From: the human T2T-CHM13v2.0 reference genome, Homo sapiens
Reading direction: 5' to 3' (one strand)
Assembly (NCBI RefSeq): GCF_009914755.1
Contig: NC_060937.1
Length of the DNA stretch: 64,000 nt
Shown here: positions 28,900 to 42,099 of the stretch, in pieces
Layout: every line of letters starts with the position of its first letter
Position numbering within the stretch: position 1 is the first letter of the stretch
The notes under the pieces: generated by a model
What the model was told of the DNA's origin: nothing
The model's database searches: none
What the model saw: the letters and a program-made list of their open reading frames with translations, nothing else
Position numbers and translations under genes: made by a program

Positions 28900-29312
28900 A
28901 ATCTCTTGATCATATTTCACCCCTTATTACTCTTTTTCTTGACTCTCTTTTACAGCAAAACACCTCAAAAGAATTAGTCCATATTTAACTTCTCTAGTTT
29001 CTCCTGTGCTTTCTATACCTAAATCCATTCTCGTTTGTTGTTGTTCCACTAAAACTCTTCTCGTCAATATAACCAATGACCTTGATCTTGATAAATCATT
29101 TAGCAGCATTAAACGCAACTGTCATGCCTTCTTGCAATGTTTTTCTTCCTTTGGCTTTCAGGACACCGCACACATTTTTTTTTCTTCCCCTTTCTACTCC
29201 TTCTTAGTCTCTTTGCTTTTTCCTCCTATCCCTTTTACTACCAAGTGTTAGAGAATCCCAGGGCTCCATTTTTCATACCCCTTCTGTTCTCTATCGACAT
29301 TTGCTTGTGTGT

Positions 29313-29365
<53 letters not shown>

Positions 29366-30360
29366 GGAGTGGGGGATTCTCCTCCAATTTCACAGCCTCA
29401 AATATCACCTCTTTGCCTTTGACTCTCGAGTGTTTATCTTCAGCTTAAATCCATTCCCTAACTTTATACTGGTGTATCCAACTGCCTACTCAGCATTTCC
29501 AACTTGATATCTACAAGCCTCCCAATCTTAGGATATCAGAGACTGAACTGCTCACTTTCCCCCAAAATATCTACTCCAGTCTTTCCCTTCATAGGGAATG
29601 GCCACTTCTTTTAGTTGTTCTGGCTAAAATCGTTAGAGTCACTCTTGACTCCTTCATCTCACAGCCCACATCCAAGCCATGGTCTGTTCTTGTGACACTG
29701 CCTGTCCAGTACATCCAGAATCGGACCATTTCTCACCATGATTATTCTACACCAATCTTCATCTTTTGACCATATAATTGCAATGCTCTTTTTAATGGTC
29801 ACGCCACTCCTCTTCAGGCTATTCTCAACAAAGCATCCAGCGCAGCCCACCAGAATGTAAGTTAGATCATGTCACTCCTTGCTCAAAACCCTTCAATTAC
29901 TTCCTATATATTTTTTTCAGAATGAAAGCCAACTTCATCACCATGACAAATCCCAGCCTGATGTGATCCACTGTGGACCTTGACCTCATTTCCCACTTTT
30001 TGCTGCCACTGTTTCTGGATGCTATTTCCCAATAACCACAGTGCTCACTTATACTTCCCCTTCAAGTCTGTGCAAATGTCACTGTGTCCATGAGACACTT
30101 TCTGACCACTGTAAAATTTTGCCACCTATTTCTTCAGCCTCTCAAGACTCCCTACCTACAGTCTCTGTTTGATTTTTTCTCCATAGTAACAATCATCTCC
30201 TAATAGATTATAAAATAGCATATTTATCTTATTCATTGCCTGTCTCCCCACACCAGAATGTACACTCCTTCAAGGTACGTGATACTGACTCTCGTTCACT
30301 CTCATATGCCCCGAATTCAATGCCTGACACATATAGAGTGCTCAGTAAATACTTGTTGAA
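28900..30360 (+). mobile_element. L2a 3' portion (~1.4 kb)
   Basis: ttccactaaaactcttctcgtcaatataaccaatgacc, atccaactgcctactcagcatttcc, gatcatgtcactccttgctcaaaaccctt, end gtgctcagtaaatacttgttgaa. Confidence 0.88.
29306..29364. repeat. (TG)n microsatellite, one interruption
   Basis: Long TG run with a single GA interruption. Confidence 0.97.
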
Positions 30361-30377
30361 AAGGCTGTTGGTTCCTC

Positions 30378-30545
30378 ATATGTGCATGGCATAGTTCTGG
30401 AAGGATTCATGAGAGAATGAACACAAAGGCTCCTCTCTGGAGAGGAACTGGATTTCTGGGGGACAAATGAGGAAGGGAAACATACCATTTATTTTATACA
30501 TTTTTAATCTTTGAATTGTATGCTTGTGTTATATATTTAAAACAA
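30378..30545 (+). mobile_element. L1ME4-like 3'UTR fragment
   Basis: atatgtgcatggcatagttctggaaggatt...cctctctggagaggaactgg...ttgaattgtatgcttgtgttatatattt. Confidence 0.55.
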
Positions 30546-32219
30546 TCAAATTCAATTATTTACAAACAAATGTAAAATATGAGGGAAAGGCTAAAATCTC
30601 AACTATAAGTTGGGATGGAGTAATAGCTTTTGAACCAAGAGTATGAAGCCTTCCATGCCTATTTGGGTTTGTTAATCACTCTCTTTGCTATGGACAGGGT
30701 TTTCTGCTAGTGATATGGTAATTTAATATGTCAGTAAGGGGAGAATTGGTGATATTCTCCATCACTGGTTTATTTTCTCTCATGCCATTGCTTTACTTTT
30801 TAAGAGAATTCATGAAAGTCGTGTTGAGGAAGGTAGTGCTCCTCAGATCAAAGTCAAATTAGTGCTTCAGCCACAAGAACAAGATTTCCTCTCCTCTTCT
30901 AAGGGGGAGACAGAAGTCAGCCTGAGGCTGTCAGATGGATAACTGCTCACAAATGGACCAACTCAGAGTCTCTGGCAACAAGGCTGAGGCAGAAACAATA
31001 CTTGATTAAACAAGTGCCAGATAGCAGCACGTAACTGTGGGAAGTTAGAAGTAGCAGTTATGATACTGCTAAGCAAAGGCACTTTGTTAGCATTAAGCAT
31101 TTTCCACTTCAACTGAAATATAAACCCACGAGGAGAAACAATCCATTCTTTATTATTTCTAAAAGTAACTTTCTGTCTGGAAAACAATTTACTGCCACCA
31201 GAAATGTCTTCTTTTAGAAAAGTGTATAATTGGCTGCCATTTGACATTATGTGGCATTATTAAAGTCTGGAAATTCTCATAATGTGCATTCTTTTTGTTC
31301 TTGCCACTGAGCAACATTTTCACAATCCCGAAGATTCCCTTGCTATTTTACCTAGCCTAATCTATTTCAAAAGCTTCTCAGCCAGAGACAATTTCAAAAG
31401 AATCAGCTTCTTGGTACAACTTCATAGGATTAAATGTGTCAGACTAATATAAAGATCAAATGTAATCATGGTTATTATTATTTTGATTAGCTTTTCTATT
31501 CTGCACACTGCACTTCCAAGACCTTGTCAACTAATACCTAAACTTCTAGTTTATAGCTTCCTTGTAGAATTCTATATCCCTTTGTTCTAGTGCAGCTACC
31601 TACTCCAATGTGGCAAACATTTATAAAGCACCACTGTGTGCAGAGTTGCCAGGACAGACCATCCAAAGGTAATCATGCTTAGTCTTCATCTAAGGGAGGT
31701 TGCTTGATAAAAATACAAATCCCAAGATCTCCCCACTGACTGACAAGCTTTACCCTGTGACTTTAATACACCCTAAGGTTTGAGAATTGGAAAATAAATA
31801 GAAGAAAATGTATTAGTTCCTTTGAAATATACAATGTCATCAGCTAACACATTCCTTACAAATGAAGCAGTTTGGTTTTAATAACAAGCAAATATGTCAA
31901 TAGCATGAGCACTTCACAAAACTCTGCTCATTGAACACATGGATGGATAGATGGATGAATTCAGCACAGACTGAATACGGGGGTCTGATGACCACACTGC
32001 TCCATCCCCTCTTCCCATTCATGCTACTCTGACTGCCTTCTATGTGATTCATTGGTTTCCCAAGGTTAACAAAACATCCCCTGTCTCTGCAAGCCAGATT
32101 AGGCTTTGTCATCTTTAAAGTTATATGAACATCCCGTTGAGAGAGAGTGTGTGAAAGCGGTAGCTATGACAATTGTAAAAATGTACAAAGTGCTTCACTT
32201 ACTTTGAATGAATCCTACA

Positions 32220-32600
32220 TAATATAAGTGGCTATGAAATAAACTAAAGAAAGAAAACAGTGTATGTCACACCCAAGCCAGTGGCAAGAGGCAGGGGAGT
32301 ACAATTTTAAAATTTGAATACAAAAATACGGCAGAAAAGGAGGAAAAAATAGATAAAAGCAGAAAAAATAGGAACAATAAAATAAGATGATTAGAAGTAA
32401 TTCCAAATATATCCATAATCTCAATGGATACATGGCCAAACTGTAGCTTTAATACAGAGATATTCTTTTGAATACAAGAAAATTAAAATTCAGCTATATT
32501 CTAAGTGATACACATGAAATGACACCCCTAAAACATACAGACACAGACGATTGAAAGTGAAAGGATGAAAAAAGATATACCAGGCAAATGTTAACAATAA
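32220..32600 (+). mobile_element. Old L1M fragment (start of ORF2)
   Basis: aattccaaatatatccataat, cagctatattct, gattgaaagtgaaaggatgaaaaaagatataccaggcaaatg. Confidence 0.65.
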
Positions 32601-35600
32601 ATGTACTTGTGGTTGAGGCCACTACAGTGAAGTTATTTGCTACCTGTTGCTGTAAAATTTCCAACTCATGCACATCTTAAAAGAACAAGAGCACACAATT
32701 AAATATCACAATTTCAGGTACGTGATATTTCAACTGCATATTCAGACTTGTTTTAAATTCTGAGATCATTTTTTCCTAGCAAAATGCCAATTTCTAAGTT
32801 TATTTCTATAAAATAGAGTCTTATTTTTATGATTAGGGATATTAATTTCATTTTTGTATTAAAATGCTGCAGATGAAGACACATTTTATATGAAACAAGT
32901 TTCAGTATGAAATTGCATCCTATCAGTTTTCGCTATAGCTCATGAATGTGAATATCATGATGCTACAGTCTAAGTCCAGTAAAAAATCTGAATGTAGGGA
33001 ATATTGAGAACTAACAACTTCCTTAATAAAACCCAGTTCAGATTGTCAGTGTTGGAGTGGAGAGAATCTTCTCTGGAAGAGGAGAGTGTCCACTCTAACC
33101 TTTTTCCTGTCCTCCTAGGATAAAAGAAAAACATGGCTGATTTTTTGTAATGTTAGTACTTATTTTTCATGTAGCAACAGTAAGGAATATGAGCTCTCCA
33201 AGAAGATCATGCTCCATCTCCAACCTTGGATGATCAGGTTCCGTTTTTATTAATACCAGGGAAGGTGTAGGGTTCTTTATGTTTGAACCAGTGATTAATT
33301 TATGCTGTTTCAGATCATTCTTTGCTCTGTGTTATTCATCAGGAGTTTCTTAAAAGAAAGTCATTCAATGTGGAAAATTGAGTTTGAAAAACATTGAGGG
33401 GTCCAAATTTGTGCTAAAAGAATGTGAAGGATATTGAACAGTCACTCGGGCAATCCCAATATTGACTTGCTGTGGCCTCATAGGCAGTCCTTGAACTGCT
33501 CATTTGTGTTGGGAAGGAAAGCCTCTAAGATGACCCAGCTTTCCCTGGAGAACATGGTCATTAAGCTTCCTCTATTCTTCTCTTCTAGGAGCGCTGCATA
33601 CTGTGAGTGAAATCCCATAATGACAGTAGAAATGTTACTTAGTGAATAACTGGTCTTTCTATTAGTTTTTGAAGTGAGGAAATGGGGGCACGTTTCTTTC
33701 TAGTCTTTCTGAAGCTCTGAGTCCTTGTGGTGTGTGAAATAAAACCAAAACACAGCTTGTGGTCTTTTCTTTCTTAGATTGACAATGAGGGTGTTGTGAA
33801 TTGTGAGATTTCAAGAGGGCTCTCTTGTAATATACATTTGGGGTAGGGTCTAATTTTTGAAGATTTATCAATCTGGTGCTTGAAGAGGCATATCACAGGA
33901 AATGTTTTGTACCTTACAACTCTTTTTTCCTGGCTATGATTTATTGGAGCATGGTACTACAAATCATGCTTTTTGACTCCCCTTTCTTTTTCTGAAATAA
34001 GTGACTCATTCTGTAGGGCCAAGCTCGTGCTTTTTTCTTTTTCTTCTCTTTTTGAATTTTCACTGAAAGCCTTGTTTCAATCTGCCCCAAACCTACGCAT
34101 GTGATTTTTTTATTTTAATTCTCATTTAAAGAATATTTCTATAAGTCACATCTCATCTAGTAAATGCAAGAAGTTAAACATGTAAAATGTGAGTTTTTCA
34201 TAAAATGCATAGACTCCAAGATATAAGCTACATTATTACTGGAAAACATGTTATAAATGAAATTTTGTCTTATTTTAATTTTTTTTCTCTTTCCATAAGG
34301 AGTGTAATTTTCACTGGGCTTGGAAAATATGAATTCAAATTACAAGTCAGTTTGCATGCAATGTTTATTTTTTAAAGCCAAACTTCTAGAAAACCATAAA
34401 GAAAATAATCATATTTTTTACAACACTGCAGGTAAACAACAAGCATATTTAGAAACTAAGAGATTTTAAAGTGAACATCAGGGTAAATCAATAACTCCTA
34501 CATAGAGGGAAGAAATGATTTTCTATTCAGGATATCAAACAAAACTAACACGATATTAATGGCTGAACGAACAGGCTTTCCATTTGCACTTGCATGAGGG
34601 GGAGGTTAAGGATTGGCAGTTGCTCACATAAATCAAGTCTGGTAAGAACCGTATGAATAACTGTTTGACATTTTCAGTTGGAAAGGAGCAGCTTGTCTTC
34701 AGTTCTGAGAAGCCTTCCCCTTGTGACAATCATCTTTTTCCTCTTTTGATGAACCAGATTTTTAATACCAACTTTGCATAAGCAAATGCACTGCAGTCAT
34801 GAGGGCAGAGCTTTCTGCGGTGGCAGGGTAGCCAAGATGAAAGGGGAAATGTGACCAGATTTTCCCATCAAAATCAAATCTATCGCTTGTGTATTTGCAT
34901 GGGCAAATTTTAAAATGGGCAAAGAGCCCATTTTTACCTGGGTTCTTTCTACATACTTGGGCTGTGTTTCACAATTCTCAAGTCCAAAGGAACAAAGGGA
35001 AAATGGTGACCTATAAATCAGATTGCTTTCTACTTTTTGTCAGTTTCACAGAGGAATCTAGTTTCTTACTGATCAAATATCTTACATAGCAATTCCATGT
35101 TGAACAACTACTAACCCAACATTTCCTTCTGAAGGCCTACTAAATGTCCAGAAATTGTATGATTCATATCCAAGAAGATACATGGCCTCTTAAGTGCAAA
35201 GATCACCCAACACAGCTGAGTTCTGCTCCAATCTCTACCACTGCTCCTGCCATCCATGCAGCCACCTAACCTCTTGACCTTTGCAAAAATGAGAAAACTT
35301 ACATAAATATTTTCTAATGCACCTTCTAGATCAAACATTATAGCCTCAATTATTTTAAGCTATCCTCAATTTGAACCTATTTCCCAAACTATGGAGGAAT
35401 TAGGTGGAAATCAAAAGGCAAAAGAGAACAGATAAAGTGCAAAACAATGGTAGTGACAAAAGGTGTTAGGATTTAAGGCAGTGCCCAGCCATATGGTTGT
35501 AAAAGTGATGACCTCTCTCATCTGGTGTAGACAAATACAATTCCATGTCCGTTTAAAAGAGATTAATCAGATCTTCAGAAGCTATGTGTGAAAGCATAGC

Positions 35601-36249
35601 TGGAGCCATTTACATTTCAGCAATGTACCAGAAGTCCCGAGAGTAACCTCGAGAGAGTCACCATGCCCCCATTGAAATTGGTTTGGTCATGGAGGAAAAG
35701 GATAAAACCAGACCTTTTTGTAAAGGGCGAAGAATTTCCAGGATGGGTCAATTACAGTTAATGCAAATTCAATACCTCAGAATTCATTTCAGTGCATTAG
35801 ATTAGTTAGGTCTCTGGCTTGACTCACACTGGAGGTGGTTTGATATGCACTCCTAGAGCTTTCTGCTTTGATTCCAACATTACTCTTATAGCCAACTTCC
35901 CACTGGCCATGCCCTGCAAACAAACTTCCTCTTGAACCCGCTTCTATCTTCTTGACATTGTTCCTGGAACCTTCCTTTCATCTTCAGGCTTTCCCATCGC
36001 TGCAGAAATACAAAGCCCAGGCAGTGTGTTGTAGCATGTATAGTAGCAGTTTCTGATTGGTTTTTCTAATGGGCATAAGTTGTCTAGTTTTAAAAAAAAG
36101 GATACCCCAGAAATATCAGGACTACACCCAAGAAATGCATTTGATTTGTTGTAAGTACAAAAACTTCCACTTGAAACTTGTCCAGCCCAACTCCCAATTT
36201 AAAAAGAGTGTATTTTCTTGCCAGGATTAAGGAAAAGTAAGGGACTAAA

Positions 36250-36410
36250 TCCAGGCACTTTTATATAGTTATGTATCTAACCTTCTTAATAACCTTTAAC
36301 ATTTTTAATATAATTCCAGTTTTGCATTGAGGAATTGAAAGCTTAAAAAGGTTAAGTAACTTATCCAAGGTCATAGACTTGATATATGGGAGAATTGGAT
36401 TAAAACAGCT
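36250..36410 (-). mobile_element. MIR SINE
   Basis: ccagttttgcattgaggaattgaaagcttaaaaaggttaagtaacttatccaaggtcata. Confidence 0.75.
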
Positions 36411-37997
36411 GCCCCCTAAATTCTATTACTTTTACCTGCTATCTCCTTTAACAAGTACATAAAATAACAGTTATATTCATTTCTCCCCAAATTCTAAAGG
36501 TGTAAAGAAGGATAGTAATTGAAAGATATAAACAAGGAATATAGAATGTGCTAACCATATTGTTAGCTAGTTTAGATTAGCTAGTTCAATGCTTTGGGTA
36601 GAATAAAGAGAAGTGTAGGTGCTTCCCATATGAGATAGGAAGTCCATTTTTTGCATTTTAAGAATAACATGATTTTGACTTCTATATTGGTCCCACATGA
36701 AATCATGAAGCATAATTATAAATGTTTGAGTCATGAATATTAATAATCATTTTTAAGTTAAAGATATAACATTTGAACACTTCCTCTGTAATTGTTATTT
36801 TGAAAATTCTATTTTTACATCAAGATATCCCCTGGAACTCTAATCCAATTAATGGTATTATATCTTTTGATTTCTAAAGTGATTTTAGGAATAGACCTAT
36901 ATGGGAGTCATCAATAGCCCTGAAAAATCTAACCTCATTGATAAAAAGTAAATTGCTAGAGAACATCACTTAAAGCTGGAAGGTTCTTATGCCATTGATT
37001 CTTGCCATGGTACTAATAGATATTTTTGGTTTGATGTCAGTTGTTTGTCAGGGAATTATAATAATATTTTTCAAAAAGCTTTGCTTTGACTTCCATTATA
37101 CTGCGAGACTATTTTTTTTTCCCAACCTCCCTACCATCTGTCTTGATTCTACATTGGAAAGTCTCCCAGATATTCCATCCAGAAGGGCTAAGTGAAATCA
37201 ATATGGCAACAGCAGATTGCTGATGCATTCCAGCTTTTAAGTGGGATGTTGTTATGATTAACAGTGGCCCAGCTCTTTACCTCTCTATTATCCCATTGCC
37301 ATCTCAGAACACTTCAGTTGCTCATCAAATTCAGTTAATTCTATATGCTTCCTAACAAATGCAGCATAAGGCTGAAAGAAATATGAAGAAAAAAAGATCA
37401 ATTATATTTAGCTTTTGGCGGGATTGGAATGATATGGTTTTCCTTTTTATCTATTTTGGTTAAAGACTGATCAATATATAAAAAGACCATGTGTTTTAAA
37501 ATAGGTGCTATGAAAATCATTACAAGATCTTTTCTTTTATGTGCCATATGCTTAGCTAGAGATTGTGTAGAAAACTTGAGATTTTAAAAGTATTACTATC
37601 CCAAATAAGAATCTTTTAAATACTTTATGGCTAGTTTTATCTGTATAATTAATGTGATTTTCTTTGTAACTTTACAACTAATAATAAACTTTATATCCCA
37701 TTATATTATGCAGTGTGTGGCTGTTGATTTTTCATAATCTAGCTACTAATATATATATACACACATATATATAACTAATAAAAGTGAGGATATTATTGGG
37801 AGAAACCATTTTGTAGTGAGGCAGTTCTGGTTAATGAGAAGGATCTCACTGTGGCCATGGAAATGAGTGGTTGAAGCAGACTGAGGTTCAGGGGAACTAG
37901 AGACAGTGTGCTCAAAAAATGATGATGCTAGGGTGTTCCATATGGGAATGCATTCCCATATGAAAGTCTCTCAGGATTGGGGTAGCTATTAGGAAGA

Positions 37998-38450
37998 TAT
38001 ATTCAGGAGGCATTTTATTGCAAGTGTCAGGAATTCTAATTAATGCAAAAATTAAGTTCTTTGGCTTTTATAAGTGAGAAGGCTGTAGGTCTGTCTCACT
38101 TCACATGTGATGTAGGACATTTTTCTTGATCCATCTCTCCTATTGGCTTGTCTCTTTCACTTTTGTGTTTACTTCATTCTTTGTTGTTACAAAACAAATA
38201 CTCCCCATATGGCATGGAAGAAACTCATGGCATCCCAGATTTCTGCCATCCAGGTCATCAGAGTATAAAGAGGACTTGTGTCTTTCAAAGCGCACGTACA
38301 ACTCCCAGGATAAGATTCTCTGTACCTCTGCTTGGATCCTGTGCCCTCCCCTGGACCAATCACTGGTTGGAGAAACAGAGCTCCTATGCTTGCTAGACAA
38401 GGCTTAGGTCAGGCTTGTCTACCCCTGTAATCCAGGATGTGGAGTGTTAT
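37998..38450 (-). mobile_element. Old MLT1 (K/L-type) LTR
   Basis: ttcaggaggcattttattgcaagtgtcagga start; gtgccctcccctggaccaatcactgg; ggcttaggtca. Confidence 0.5.
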
Positions 38451-41224
38451 GAAAAGGGTAGGAATCAGGGGGAAAACCTTCTAAAACAGTTGAGGAGGAA
38501 GACCACAAGCCAGGAGCAAAAGTCCTAAGTTAATATGGAGGAAAGTTTTTGGTCCTGGCTAATGAGTTAACCGTGGCTAATCTTACACAGGAACAGTCTA
38601 ACTTATTCAGTTGTACAGTATTTAGCTAGTCAGAACTGTGCTGGTTTGCAAATATCTCACATGCAATCTTTGTTACCCTCCTTGTATACTTTTCCATAAA
38701 TGTTTTGCCTGGTCTCACCCACTACAATGTAAATGTTCAAGCTTCATTGAGTGACTATGCCTCAATGAAGTGTCACTTGAGTGCTTGAAGTCACTTGAGT
38801 CCCTAAATGAGTGACTTGCCTGCTCTTCTGCCTGGCTTGTAGTAGACCCTCAAAAATGTTTGTGAAGTAAATAATAATAATTATACTCCTTCCTTCTTTT
38901 ATAGTGCAACTAGAAGAGTCTGGTTGTCACTAAATGCTCTGTATCGGTACAAATTCTTGCCATTTTCATTGCCTTCATTTGAGTTGGCACTTGATAACAT
39001 CCTACAAATTTCTGGTCTCTCCTAACCCCTGCCCTTCCTATTATACTTCAGTTTAGGAAATAAATGTCTCAGTTAAATACTTTTAGCTCGTCAGATTTAC
39101 CCTCACTGCCGTCCTTCCATTTTTTCTCTGCTCTGTTAATTTCTCACAAAACTAAAATTAACCATTGATTCCACAGTTATTTGAGGAGTTATTAAAACTA
39201 TCTAAAATGAGCAACTTTCAGGTACTTGAGTATTTCCCCCAGTATCACTGCAAATATGCTCTGTCTTCAGCACAACTACATTTTTTTTTATTTTGCCATA
39301 AAGTGATAATTTCAACAGAATACTTTGTGCCTAATAAAATACTATCATTAAGGATAAGTCAAGATATTTTTCACATTTTAAGTGAAAAAAGCATAATATG
39401 TACCATCTGTCTTGTTATTTATGTATCATTATGTATTTAATTACACATATCTCTCTATATGCATGTATATAGTTTGGATTATACATATATACTCAATTTG
39501 TCAGTAAACATGTAGATTAATTTTGCTAATATTTTATTTAGGATTCTTGCATTTAATTCATAAAAGAGAGTAATTTTTGGATTGTATGTGTACGTTCATG
39601 AGTGTTCACCTAGCCCAACTTTGGAGCCAATGTTATATCAGCATTGTAGAATGAGTATAAAACCTTCTATTTTTTTCTAATCTCCAGAAGAATTTAAGTC
39701 AGATAAATACATTTTATTGCCTTGTTTTTTTGGTGTTGACTTATAAAATTATGTGGGTTGGTAGTCTAAATTAGAGCTAAAGATTCAACAAATTTTAATT
39801 TCTTCTATGGTCACTCATCTGCTGAAGTATTTTAAATCTTTTTGAGTCAATTTGTATAATTTGTAGTGTCATTGAAAATTGTCCTTTCCTGCATATCTTT
39901 AAATGTATTTGTATAAGATTATGCATAGTATTCTTACACTTATTCAAGTCATGTCTATATGTATATAATATTACTTTTCTAATATTATTATTTATATTTC
40001 TATCTGATTCATCAATTACCTAATCCATGGGCATAAGAATAAATCACACTTAAAATTCTTGGCTGTCAGTGTACTATTTGATAATTAAATTGAAGAAGAT
40101 ATAGTTTTGTGTAAAGAGTTTAGTAACCACAGAGATCTTGAACACACATTTCCATTTATCAATGTTATCAGTTTAACAAGAAGACAAGTGAAATAATCAA
40201 AAGTTCCAAATCCCCTTATTTACATATTTAAGTTACTCTGGCACCATACAAGAGATATGGTAGCAGTTACCAAGCATTGCCAGGCTGGCATTTGGTAAAA
40301 AAACTCATAAAGTGTTAGTTACATGGCCCAGGAAAAACTACTATCCTTTGGATAGGCTGCTTAGGTTTGCACAAGCCCCAGGGAAGACCAGGGATTGTAA
40401 GAAACGTGATATTACATGTGGCAACCTTCCGTGACACTGAACTGGTGGTCATGACCTTGGTCCTGTCCCAGACCACTCCTTCCTCACTGGGTGAAGGAGA
40501 CAGGCCACATCCTTTCTTCAGCATGCCTCTGTATTTGTAGTGAAGCGAAGATAAAGGCATAAGCCATATACCTCCTGATAACTCTTTCATTAATCAAACG
40601 GGAGGAATGTTACTGTGAATGAGACAATTGTTTTAAATGCTTTGTATATGTGTATTTATGTGTATATGTATGTGCCTTTTGGCCAAAATAAAATCTGTTT
40701 CAAATGAAGAAATGCTGCAAGGTCCTTAGACTCATATATAAGTCTGACCCCTATGCCTTCTGTTGAGGGGAAACAATTAACCATGTAGACATTCAAGAAA
40801 GACTGGAAACTTTGTCCAATAGGTAGGAGACGAGCCATGATGTATCAAACTGAAATATCATTAGCTTCCCTTGAAAATTCTGTTGACCTAAGTTAAAATG
40901 TAAGTGAAGATTTCAAAACATAAAAAAGAAACATGTCAATAGCATTTTAGTTTCAACATGAAAAGAGCTTAATTTTTTGCTTATAAAAATTACAGTCTCA
41001 TTGAAACATTTTCATACACTATAGAGAATATAGAATTAAAATTGCTTATTTTCTTCCATACACAGAGAATCAATATCTGGCTAATACTCTTTTCAGGCAT
41101 CTATCTATGTTTATTTTATCTACATATTTGCATTAAGAGAATCACACTTTTTTTTACCCTCATCATATGTTTTGAATATTTATTGAAACAGTATTTAAAA
41201 TAAAACATATAGAGATATGCTTAC

Positions 41225-41677
41225 TGATGTGGCTTGAAGGGTGCTCCTCCTCCCAGAATATGTCCACTTGGAACTTGTAACTATGACCTTATTTGGAAAT
41301 AGGGTCATTTCAGAGGTAATTAAGTTAAAGACATTGAAATGAGATCATTCCAGACTATCTGGATGAGCCCTGTAAATCCAATTTTGTCATTATAGGATAA
41401 AGGCAGAAAGAAACTAGAGAGACCCAGAGAAGAGGGTGGGGTGAAGATGGAGGCAGAGATTGGAGTGATGCAGCCATAAGCCCAGGAATCCTGAGAGCCA
41501 CCAGAAACTGGAAAGGGAGGGACAGAATCTCACTTAGAGCCTTTGGAGGGAGCGCAAACTCAATACCATCTTTACTTCAGACTTCTGGCCTTCAGAACTG
41601 GGAGGGAATAAATTTCTGTTGTTTTAAGCCACCAAGTTTGCAGTAATTTGTTATGGCAGTCCTAGAAAACCAATATA
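41225..41677 (+). mobile_element. MLT1C MaLR solo LTR
   Basis: tatgaccttatttggaaatagggtc, gtgaagatggaggcagagattggagtgatgcagcca, gaataaatttctgttgttttaagccaccaagtttg...gttatggcagtcctagaaaaccaatata. Confidence 0.92.
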
Positions 41678-41831
41678 GACAGACAGGAATTTATATAAAT
41701 GAATACATTTTTAAATAAAGCCTGGACTCCTAATGTGTTCCAAGAAGGCAGGCATGTAACTAATTATAGTTAATGCAATGTTTCTCTTCGATATTCTGTT
41801 TAAGGAAAAAAAGGCTCTATTTTCAGTGGCT

Positions 41832-42000
41832 TGTGTGTATGTGTGTGTGTATATATATGTGTACATATACATATATACATATGTGTGTATGTGTATATAT
41901 ATATACACATATGTACACACATATAGTATATTTATACTGCATAACATAGCCTTCTTCTTTAAAAAAGTTTATATATATATAAACTATATATATAAAATCA
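41832..42000. repeat. (TG/TA/CA) purine-pyrimidine low-complexity repeat
   Basis: Alternating tgtgta/tatata/cataca tract. Confidence 0.85.
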
Positions 42001-42099
42001 TATGAAAGTTATACAAATAATTTAAAAGCTAAGACTCACAAACTGTTCACTAAAGTTAAGAATGGGATTATTACTAATACTGATGAAGCTCCTTGTATG

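Noticed and set aside
40315-40590. 91-aa minus-strand ORF in a slightly GC-richer patch
   Set aside because: No homology I recognise and no clear exon boundaries
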